Below are positions 12,691 to 23,747 of a DNA stretch of 64,000 nt, one piece after another. The notes below the pieces were generated by a model. The model saw only the letters and a list, made by a program, of their open reading frames with translations, made no database searches and was not told the origin of the DNA. Every line of letters begins with the position of its first letter. Position 1 is the first letter of the stretch. The translations under genes were made by a program, and so were the position numbers. The DNA comes from Geosiphon pyriformis uo1 (taxonomy: Eukaryota; Fungi; Glomeromycota), in the NCBI GenBank assembly GCA_016748015.1, contig JAAOMT010000135.1, forward strand, positions 761,326 through 825,325, given 5' to 3'.

Positions 12691-13499
12691 TTGTATAGCA
12701 GACTGGTTTTTAATAAGATAGATTGGTGTTGTTGTGATTTTTTTGTTTGTTTCAGGTTTTCCAAATTTGATTTCTTCCTGATCATTTTTACTGGGCAGAG
12801 GAATGTTAAGAGCATAACATTCTGGACACCATTTGTCATTACAGGGCATGATGTATTCTTCACACAATTGAATGTTCATTTGCTCTAATTGTTAAATTTG
12901 AGCTTCTTGTGTTGGATATATGTGGCTTGCAATTTGGTAGTATGTTTCTACCTTCTCTTTATAGTTGAATTCAGCTAATTCCATTGTGTATTCAATATAC
13001 TCAGCTTTTTTTATTTGGCAGACATCTTCCTGTGTGGCTCTATTAATTAAAGCCATTGCTAAATCAAAGATCATTTTAGCATTATGAGAGTAGTAATAAA
13101 GTTTATTGAAAGCACTGTTGTATGCTGCATCAAATGGTGTTCTTTTTCTGACTTTTTCCGAAATTGATAGAGCATATTGACAGGTTTGATCACATACTTC
13201 TCTTCTCATTGCAATATCAATCCAGTTGCATTCTTCTGGTAACATATCTTTACATGTGAGGCAAGGAGTATTGTCCCATTTTCCACTTCTTTTAGGATAT
13301 CCAAATCGTTCTCTATGGCATGCTTTACAAAAGTAACAGATATGAGTTTCATATTCTTCTTCTGAAAAAATACATGCTCCCATTGATGAAAGTTTCTTGT
13401 TGCAATCTTTGCATTTGAGTAAAATATATGGTAATTGTTTCCATAGTTCTGGTGTGAAATACCTAACTTTCTTCCATCTTCTTAATTCTTCAAAAATCT

Positions 13500-16400
13500 C
13501 TTGTTCAGTTTCCTCAGCCCAATTGGATGGTGATCCAAGAGCCATAAAGGTTTCAGTAACTGGTAGCTCTTCCTCCTCTTCAAATTCAAATACTGGGGCT
13601 TTTTCAGTTTTCTTATTAAAAGTACTACAAGTAGCAGGTACTATGGTGTATTGTCATTGGTATAAGATTTTTAGTTCCTGGGTTTCCCAATCTAAATTTG
13701 CATTGGCCTTGAGAAGCCAATTATTCCCGACCAGAGCTTGATATTGGGGTGTATTCATAACTAAAACTTTGACTAAAATGGTGATTTCATCAATAGTAAA
13801 TAAGAAATTGTTAATTTCTCCTACTGGTGTCTTTTTCATACCATCTGTTGTAACAATCACAGTTTGGGCTGGTCTGTCAACAGTTCTTTGAAGCTGTTGC
13901 ATTAACTGGTAGATGATAATACTTCCAGCTAATCTACTGTCTAGGATTAATTGGATATGCTTCTCTTTCATTATAGCTTCAGTGTACATGGCAGTGATAG
14001 CTTTTTGTTCATTAGCTGCTGTATTACTAAGCAAGAATAGTGATTCATTTGCTTCAAATTCAAATGAGAATATATTTGAAAGATTGGCATTTTGGGCAAT
14101 TTGAACTGGTGGAATAGTGTTGTTGGAAGGGTTTGATCTTGATGCTGCAACTTCATCTTCAGAAAGTGCACTTTGTTGAAAATTCGATCCTTCTGGCATT
14201 GTAAGATAACTGGGTTGAGTGTGATAGTGGTTGGGTCTTTGCTGACCAGAATTTCGGAGAACCAACTGGTTATTTGGATTGATTCTGTTATTATTATTCT
14301 GAAATTGATTTTGGGATGTGAATTGGTTATGTTGAACCAATCTTCTGACTGGTATTTGATATTGTTGAGTGAGTGGTGTTTGATATTGCTGAATTAATAA
14401 AGATTGCTGATATTGTGACTGTATTGGTTGTGGAGCTGGTTGATAGTAGCTGTTTTGATTTTGTGGTCTTGGTAAATAATAAGTTGGTGGTGTTACCAAT
14501 AGAATTTTAGCTATTAATTAGCAGGAAAATTACCCTTATAATTCCTATAATTAATTAGTATATTAATATCATTTTAAATTATTATTTATTATTTAATCAA
14601 TTATTACATATCACGATTCAATTAAATAATCTAATTAGTATAACAGAAAGTAGAATAATCAAATTACACAATACCCTGAACTTTGTAACATTCTAAAATT
14701 CGCTGAAATTTACAGAAATTTGCTGAAATTTATAAAAAATTTGCCAAAATTTATAGAAATTTGCCAAAATTATGAATAGTTCACCCAAATTAATCAATAG
14801 TTCAGCAAAATAACTTGTAGTTCATCAAAATATATCTTTAGTTTGCCGAAATTTGAGCAAAGAAAAAAAAGTGCAAGTTTATAGACTAGTATTACAACAA
14901 GTTGTATAAAAGAAGAGCTTTTCTCTTTAAGAAAATGTATCTTCTTATAGTATCTTATCATAGTAACTTACTTCAAATATCTTAATTAGAACAAATCACT
15001 TTTTACAAAATCAAATAAAAATTAAAATATTCGAAAACCAAATCCTTAAAATTATTATACTTGAAATTTCCTTAACACAACTAACATTTTGAAATTGATT
15101 AGCTACCAATTTCAGTAATCTGTTAGTGACTCCAGGTCTGGATAGAAAACATTTCTCTTAACAGAATTTAATTTTTTTTACATTTCTTTTACTTTTTTTT
15201 TATTTTTTTATTATAATCATTAGGGTAGCCTACAAACAAGATTCCTGTAGAAGAGTTGACTTTCACAGCAAAGTAACTACACATTTTTAGTGAGCTTCCA
15301 GATGAACAATTCCTGAGAAAGAGTTGATGTTTACTACAACATAACTACATAAAGTAACTGGCAAGAAATTGGTTATTTTACTTATAAGCCCAGCAGTTCA
15401 AATTATAGAAGATAATTTGAAGATAAATTCAGTTATTGGAGATTCAACTACTTCTAAAAAATGTGAATTTACAACCAACAGATAATTACAACATTCAAGA
15501 AAAGAGACCAAAAACCTCCGGTAACAGTGGTGGAGGTTGGTAATAAGATTGTTGTGGTAAAGAGTAACGTTGATTACTCTTGCTTTGTTGGTCTTTTTGC
15601 AATTTCTTGCAATCTTATTTTCAGTGTTCTAGAATTCCACAATAATGACAATTTTGAGATTGGTTATTGGATGGTGATCCAAAGTTGTTTTGGTTGTATT
15701 GCTGTGGGTGTTGATATTTTTGTGGTTGTTGCTAATGTTGTTGTTGGTTTGTAAAGTAGTTTTCAACCTTCTTTGTAAGTTGGTCTATCTTCTCTTCAGC
15801 TGCTGAGCTGGTTTCTCCAATAGCTAGATTAACAAGTTTAGTATGGTTTGCTTTTTCCATTGCCATTTCATAGTTCTTTGCATGTTTAATGGCAGTTACT
15901 AAGTCTTCTGGTACATGTGGACAAACTTTCTTAATCAGTTTGTCTTTTAACCCTGCTATAAACTGATTCAAAATCTGAGCATTGGAATAGTAGTCATTGG
16001 TTTCCAATTGTCAAATTCGTCAAAGAAGTTTGTTGAATTTTCCAAGATAGGTCATAACAGTTTCAGATGTTTCTTGTTTAATATTGTGAAAGTAATTGCA
16101 GAGAGTGATAGAGGTGTTGTTGTCTGTGAATTGTTGTAAGAAAGCATCTTTAAATGCTTGCCAGTTTTCAAATGATTCTTCTAAGTTTTCAAACTATTTT
16201 TTTGCAGTTTCTTGAAGAAAGTATGGAATTGCTTTGAGCATTCTTGCTGTATTCCAACCATTTGCATTTCCTGCTTTCTGGACTTTATCAAGCCATTTTT
16301 GAGGACTAGTATCATTATCTTTACCAGTAAACTCTGGAATTTTTGCAATGTAAGCAGTTGCCATTTTTTCTTTGTTTTCTGTAGTTTCTTTTTGTTCTGA

Positions 16401-17081
16401 TTCAGTTTCTTTACTTTCCAAGTTTTTTGAATGATTACTTTCGTTTTTTTGTAAGTACTCAATAATATTGGTGCTTGTTGATATGGATTCCTGCTGTTGA
16501 GTAAGATTTTTAGGTGACTGATAATCTTCTGATCTGGAGAAACAGTTAAGTGGTGAATTTGGTGTTTGTGGTTAAGCAAGTAAAATTAGAAATGGTGTAA
16601 TAGAAAGTGGTAATTTGACACTGGTTCTTTGTTCAGGTGTTTGCAAGTGTTTGGCAGTTGTCTTTTGTAGTGTTAGAGTGTTTGAAGTGGTTCTTAAATA
16701 TTGCTTCAATTTTTGTTTGCCTTTGTTGCTTGTTTCTGTCTTTGATTCAAAGTCAATAGAGTATTGAGACTGTACTGGGTATTTTTCTTCACAATATTTA
16801 ATAATGTTAAAATTAAGTTTTTGAAAATAGATAGCAAGTGTTTCACTGTTCAGGTTTTCTGTTCTCAATTGTGAATAGTGCACTAAATTATTGTAGAGAT
16901 TGCTTCTAATTTCTGAAATGTTGTAGTTTCCAAAAAAATAAATGTTGATGCAATTTTCAATGTATTGGTATACTGATTTCTTGACAATTTCAATTCCGTC
17001 TTGGATGTTGAATCTTTGCTTGCAGTGTGTATAGATTGATTGATAATACTCTAGAGTTGCTGTGTCTAGTGTGGTTGCCAC
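13500..17081 (-). pseudogene. gag and aspartic protease, interrupted by the solo LTR
   Basis: Starts MATTLDTATLEYY at 17081; IPEFTGKDNDTSPQKWL capsid-like motif; QFIAGLKDKL; protease LILDSRLAGS and ALVGNNWL. Confidence 0.9.
14491..15526 (+). mobile_element. Solo LTR of family A inserted antisense into gag
   Basis: TGTTACC...GGTAACA, 1036 bp, reverse-complement homolog of 7161-8131; TSD GTGG (14487-14490, 15527-15530). Confidence 0.95.
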
Positions 17082-17110
17082 TTTGAATTTGTTGTTGCTG
17101 TGTTATTTCT

Positions 17111-17124
17111 GTGGGAGAGCACCA
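17111..17124 (-). promoter_or_regulatory. primer-binding site
   Basis: Minus strand TGGTGCTCTCCCAC, 2 nt after the 5' LTR, complementary to a tRNA 3' end ...GAGCACCA. tRNA identity not resolved. Confidence 0.85.
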
Positions 17125-17126
17125 AA

Positions 17127-18097
17127 TGTTACTGGAGGTTTTTGGTCTTTTTTCTTGAATGTTGTAAATGTTAATTTGCTGTGAATTCACATTTCTAGGA
17201 AGTAGTTGAATCTCCAATAACTGAATTTATCTTCAAATTATCTCCTATAATTTGAACTGCTGGGCTTATAAGTGGAATAACCAATTCCTTGTCAGTTACT
17301 TTATGTAGTTATATTGTAGTAAACGTCAACTCTTTTCCAGGAATTGCTTGTCTGGAAGCTCACTAAAAAATGTGTAGTTACTTTGCTGTGAAAGTCAACT
17401 CTTTTACAGGAATCTCATCTGTAGACTACCCTAATGATTATAATAATAAAAAATAAATAAATAAAAGAAATATAAAAGAAATATAATTTATCAAGGAAAA
17501 CGTTTTCTATCCAGGTCTGGAGTCACTAACAGATTATTGAAATTGGTAGCTAATCAATTTCAAAATGTTAGTTGTGTTGAGAGAATTTCAAGTGTAATAA
17601 TTTTAAAGATTTGTTTTTTTGAATATTTAATTTTTATTTAAATGTGTAAAAGATAATTTGTTTCAATTAAGATATTTAAAGTAGGATGCTATGGTAAGAT
17701 ACTATGGGAAGATATATTTTCTTGAAGAGAAAAGCTCTTCTTTTATACAACTTGTTGTAGTACTAGTCTTTGAACTTGCACTTTTCTTTTTGCTATAATT
17801 TGGGTAAACTAAAGATACATTTCGGCAAATTTACAAGTTATTTTACTGAACTATTGATTATTTCGGCAAATTTTCATTAATTTCGGCGAATTTTAACTAT
17901 GTTAAAAGGTTCAAGGTATTGTGTAATTTGATTATCTTAATTTCTAGAGTACAAATCGAATTATTGATTGAGTAATAATATTTGATAATTTGATTAAATA
18001 ATATGTGATAATCAAAATAATAATGATATGTTAATTAATAATAGAAATTATAAAGGTAATTTCATGCTAATTAATAGCTAAAATTCTACTGGTAACA
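17127..18097 (-). repeat. 5' LTR
   Basis: Direct repeat of 7161-8131, followed by the PBS. Confidence 0.96.
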
Positions 18098-18565
18098 CCA
18101 TATTCTTGTGCCAAAAAACTATATCTTCCTACTTTGCAAAATTGTTCATATTCCAAGCATTGCATATAGCAATTTTCCAATCCAAACTAATCATTAAGAT
18201 AAAAAGAGAACCAATGAACCCAAATCAGAACACAGATGATCCAACCTTCCCAAAACCGAATTAATTAACACTTCCAAAGTCACCATTTTCGATTCCAAAC
18301 CACTTACCTTGATGATTAAAACCTTAAAACTATTAGAGCTGAAATCAGCAACCATATCAAAACCAACAGAAGAAGAGGAAACAGACAACACCAACATATT
18401 ATCTAAAACCATATTCAAATTCAAAACAGAAGCCAGAGAAACAGAAGCAACTGGAGGGGGAGTAAAAGAGAATATAGTCAAAGACACCAATTCTACAAAG
18501 CTCAATTTCTTCAATAAAACAGAAACCTGATCCAACAAAAGCTCTAAAAAGTGTTCTAAGACTGC

Positions 18566-21500
18566 TGTTATTTCTAAAATATAGGAATTAAATATTAGTA
18601 CATAAATTAGCCAATCAGAATAAACATAGTAAAAAGTAGAATTCTAAGATTCTTCTCAAAAAAATTGCAGGATTCCAGAAATTTCAGGATTCTCATATAA
18701 GGAATTACAGAATTCCAGAATTCCAGAATTCTTCTTAAAAAAATTACAGGATTCCAGGAATTCCAGAATTCCTGACTAGAAAATTGAGGAATTCAAAGAA
18801 TCTCATACAATAAAATTTATATATATATAGCAGTAGTATTAGAAGCTAGAAAATTAGTCAAAAAAACTGGGAGTCAGTAGGACTCTCAGAGTTAATTAGA
18901 CTTACAAGTTATAATTATTAGAATCTTTTAGTTAGAAACCTCTCAGTTTATATTTGATTTAAGCAACCTTCCAACTTCCAAATATTAATAAATACTTATT
19001 CTTTATCTTAAATCTACTCTTTACTATCAACATGAAGTGTTAATAGTAATTGATACTTAACCATACTGGAACAATAGCTTTTGATCACAGTTATTGATGA
19101 GATACTAATCATTATTGCCTTGGCTTATTTTTTATTTCTTTTATTTTATTTTATTTTTTTTGTTGTTATTTACTAATTGATTAAAAAATTAAGTACTAAA
19201 ATACAAATGTCATAGAAACTGGTAAAAGACCCATAAAACAAGGGTAGAACACTTATAGATTTGAGAATAGCTTACTAAGAGAATTACTGGCCACTATGCT
19301 AAGAAAAAAATTCGATGGAATTGTGATTCTGGGAGGCTACTAAAACAATTATTGTATTTTTGTCCATTATACAAAAGACTCCACAACAAAACCTTTAGAT
19401 CTATAAACACCTTCAGAAATCAAAATCAAAATATCAATTGAGCACCAAGTTACGAATTTGTTATTTGCTTTGAGACCCCAAATAATCACTTATAATATTT
19501 GGTGCTCCTTATAAGGTATAATTCTACAGAGAACCAGCACCAACCAACAACCATCCAAAAGTGGCAAACCAAGAAAAAACAAGAAAAAATCACTTAGAAT
19601 TCATGAAATTCTTATTTTACTATTACCTTTGGAAAACTCATTAAATTAAAACTCTAATCATTTAAAATCTGATCATTAACACCCTAAACATTCGAAAATT
19701 ACTGTTGATAAACTTGTTAAAAAACTTATTAAATTAAAACTTCATTTATTTAAAATTTAATAATTCTAACCCTGCTATCGTATAAAGAACTTACCTTTGA
19801 TAAACTTATTAAATTAAAAACTCCAAAAATTATTCAAAACCCAATAATTCTAACTCCACTATCATATAAAAAAACTTATCTTCAATAAAACTCATTAAAA
19901 CTTTGATTCTTTAAGACTCAATTGTTCAAAATCTGAATATTTGAAACCCAATAAGTTCAATCCTGCTATTGAACAAGGAAACTTACCTCAGATAAAACCC
20001 ATCAAATCTCTAAAAATTCAAAACTCCAATTATTTAAAGACTTATTAGAAGAATTTCAAAAAAAAAAACCTATCCAGATTCATACTTACCTGTACAAAAA
20101 CTGCTTTCTTCTATGCCAAAAGTTAGCATTAGGAAAGTGTCAATATGAAAAAGACTTAGAGAAGAAAAAAAAATTTGAGAATCAGTAGTACCAAAATTGA
20201 TCAACAAATTATCAAAACTTATTTGATGGCCTGAGTTACAATCCACTTCCACGCATCATATATTTAAACTTCAAGGAAAATGAGCCAATCAGTAAGAATT
20301 GGAATCAAAACTTAATCCTAATTCAGACTCTGCTAATGATGATGACAACAATTCAAACTCTGCCGACAATAACAACAACAATTCAAACTCCACTTTTAAT
20401 ACTAAACAATATATCATACTTCTAGATCTTACAATGAAGCAAAAATTAACTAAATTTAATGATAATAATGAAGGCATTATGTCTAAACATATACATAATA
20501 CAAATGCAAAATTTGAACATGAATATTCTGAACAGATCACTACAATTAAAAACTCCAATCACATATAAAATTAAATTTACAAATAGCAATAGAAATTATC
20601 ACAACAACATTGATACAAAAGAGAAATTTAGAAGATTTCACAGGAGCTTAATATTAAATAAGGAAATAATATTACTCCTAGAATATAAGAATTAAATATT
20701 AGTACATAAATTAACCAATCAGAATAAATATAGTAAAAAGTGGAATTCCAGGATTCTTCTTAGAGAAATTGCAAGATTCTAGAAATTTCAGAATTCTTAT
20801 ATAAGAAATTGCAGGATTTTAGAATTCCAGAATTCTTCTCAAAGGAATTGCAAGATTCCAGGAATTCCAGAATTTCTGGCTAAAGAATTGAGGAATTTAA
20901 GGAATTTTGTACAATAAAATTTATATATATATAGCAATGGTATCAAAAGCTAAAAAATTAGTCAAAAAGACTGGAAGTTAGTAAGACTCTCAAAGTCAAT
21001 TAGACTTATAAGTCATAATTATTAGAATTTTTTAGTTAGAGACTTCTTAGTTTAGATTTGATTTAAGTGATCTTCCAACTCCCAAATATCAATAAATACT
21101 TATTCTCTATCTTAAATCTACTCTCTATTATCAACACTTCATGTTGATAGTAATTAATACTTAACCATACTGAAACAATAGCTCTTGATTACAGCTATTG
21201 ACGAGATACTAACCATTATTGTTTTGGCTTATTTCTTATTTATTATTATTATTATTTTTTATTTATTTATTTATTGTTATTTACTAATTGATTAAAGAAT
21301 TAAGTGCTGAAATACAAACATTATAGAGACTGGTAAAAGATCTGTGAAACAAGGGTAGAACACTCATATATTTGAGAATAGCTTACCAGGAGGATTACTG
21401 GTCACTATGCTGAGATAGAATTGCGATTTCAGGAGACTACTAAAACAATTATTGAATCTCTGTTTATTATACAAAAGACTTCACAACAAAACCTTCAGAT

Positions 21501-21597
21501 CCATAAACACCTTCAGAAATCAACATTAAAATATCAATTGAGCACCAAGTTATGGATTTGTTATTTGCTTTGAGACCCCAAATAATCATCTGTAATA
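18566..21597 (+). mobile_element. Internally deleted non-autonomous LTR element, family B
   Basis: LTRs 18566-19497 and 20670-21597; TSD CTGC (18562-18565, 21598-21601); PBS TGGTGCTCCTT at 19500; purine-rich tract before 20670; ~1.17 kb interior with a remnant of the dUTPase N-terminus (20299-20568). Confidence 0.92.
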
Positions 21598-23063
21598 CTG
21601 CCAAATAATTATTTAATCCAAAATCAACAGAGGGAGCAAAACCCAAAAAAAGAGATACTATGCCCAGAAATAAACCACCATTAAGCAAAACTGACAATGT
21701 CACATGAGACAGAAAATCACCAGCAATTTGAACCCAAGTTTTACTTTCAAAAGAAACAGGATGCGCAATAAAAGCCTGCTTTTATTTATATATGTTGGCC
21801 AAACAAATCTAATCCTGCAAAGTAATCATATATCTATCACATCCACCAGAATTCTCACTCACTGAACAAGCATTAGAAACATGACCAGATTTTTTACACA
21901 GAGCACAACAGGTCAAAAACAGCCCAGTCCAATGTAAATTCACTTCTTTGAAAACAGAAACAGAACCAATAGCAGCTAATTTAAATGTTTTATCTGCAAA
22001 ACACTTTACTGCACATTTATTATGCACATATGAATTAGGATTATGGCCAAGTTTTCCCACCATATAAGTCCAACAAACCAGACAAATCATGAGCCATGGT
22101 TCTGACTAAAAGAGTATACAACAAAGCCCAATAATAGTTCCTTGTTATCCATAATTCTTTGTCATTAACAGCCAAAACCATATGTACTGAATTTTTTTCC
22201 ATAAAAACCGACTATTTGAAAGCAATTGAGCTAGCTACATCTAATGATTCAAACTTTATTAAGGCCTTTTGCCAAAGACCAATCAATTGTATTTTGATCG
22301 AAACAACTTTGCCAAATTTAGAAAAAACAGATTCCACAGCCAATTTAGGAAAATCTACTAAGATCTTCTTCACAACAATTTTCTGATTTGTGCATTTGTT
22401 TATCTGCCTAACATCATCATTGACTAAAATTTTCTTACTGACAGCCAATTTTTTTGCCTTTTTTAAACTTAATTCAGATATAAAAGATGATTTAATAATT
22501 TCTGAAAACTTTGAGGAAGTTGAAGCTCTCCCAAAACCATTCACACAATAAAAAATTTTTTTGACAAAAATTAACTTATTACTAACAGTTTTACCAAACA
22601 TTGTAGAGAGCTCAATATTAAGCACAAATAACTTAACCAAATTAAAACTTCATTTTTCTAATACACATGATTTGAATGGTAACAACTGATTGGACCCATT
22701 GAATTTAGAAGAAGGAAGTTCCAAGACCTTATTATTGTCACTCATATCATTATACAAAAGTGTTTTTAGGAAGTGGCCTAACACATATGTATGTATACAA
22801 GTTTTCCTTGAAGTTGTTTCATCCATGTTTTCATCATTTGCTGAATTATCTGACTTTGCATAACTCATTTCTTCAGCAACAGTGTTTTTCATATTCTTGA
22901 CATCTAAAAGCCCATTAACACTACTCACAACACTACCAATGTCACTTTTCCAGAACATCACAGGTTTAATACTAACAACACCAATATTTTCTAAGCTCAG
23001 AGAGCCAGCAGACAAGTTAACTACATTACTAGTTATTAGAACTTTTGGTTTCTTGTAAGACAC
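21598..23063 (-). pseudogene. LINE ORF1 remnant (RRM-like region and CCHC knuckle)
   Basis: AVESVFSKFGKVVSIK..QKALIKFES (RRM-like) and CALCKKSGHVSNAC. Continues at 18194-18565 and upstream at 24165-24276. Confidence 0.85.
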
Positions 23064-23120
23064 TATTACTCGAGTAGAAAAACTGATTCAAAGTTATGAA
23101 GAAATATAACCAGAACATGA

Positions 23121-23290
23121 CATAACACAGAATAGTGTACAATAATGTTGGATAATGTGTTATAACTTAGGATAGCACAGAATAATGCGTTATAACTTAG
23201 GATAGCACAGAATAATGCATTATAACATAGAATAATACAGAATAACATATAATAACACCAGATAATGTGTTATAATATAGAATAATTAAT
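23121..23290. repeat. 10-bp-period tandem array with a 30-bp higher-order unit
   Basis: ATAA/ATAG core every 10 nt; TATAACTTAGGATAGCACAGAATAATGC repeated. Confidence 0.85.
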
Positions 23291-23682
23291 AATAACGTAA
23301 AAGAACAAAGCAATAACAGAAATAACAAAACAATAGTTAGCAATAACAAAACAATCAGAAGCAATCTTGTAAAACCAAAAAAATATATAAAAGCAAGTAG
23401 TTGTAGAAAGTATAAATAAAGAGACAGATAGATACAAACCACTAGACAAGAATCAAATATTCTTACCCCTTCCATTATTTATTCTATTCTATCTTTATTT
23501 TTTGAAATAAATCAATTATTAAGAAATCAGAATCATGAATTTATGTTCTCAAACTTTGTGAAATTTACATAAATTAATCATTGTGTCATATCTTCATTCC
23601 AGAACAAATGCTTTTAGCATAATTACCTTGAACTATTAATGATTTGGACTAATTGCTCTTGATTATGACAATTAACAATACT

Positions 23683-23684
<2 letters not shown>

Positions 23685-23745
<61 letters not shown>
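23685..23745. repeat. poly(T) tract, ~61 nt
   Basis: Directly visible. Confidence 0.98.

Positions 23746-23747
<2 letters not shown>

Larger units (their letters stand above)
7161..18097 (-). mobile_element. Full-length Ty3/Gypsy LTR retrotransposon with dUTPase and extra 3' ORF (family A, copy 2)
   Basis: Two 971-bp LTRs with TGTTA...TAACA ends; 4-bp TSD CCAT (7157-7160, 18098-18101); PBS; PPT; domain order gag-PR-RT-RH-IN. Confidence 0.97.

Noticed and set aside
14695-14855. CRISPR-like repeat/spacer appearance of the LTR arrays
   Set aside because: Cores are 9 bp, spacers are ~11 bp and related to each other, there are no cas genes, and the context is a eukaryotic LTR.
23685-23745. Poly(A) tail of a retrocopy on the minus strand
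   Set aside because: It sits where related LTRs have a T-rich tract after ATACTAA, so it is better explained as an expanded LTR-internal tract.
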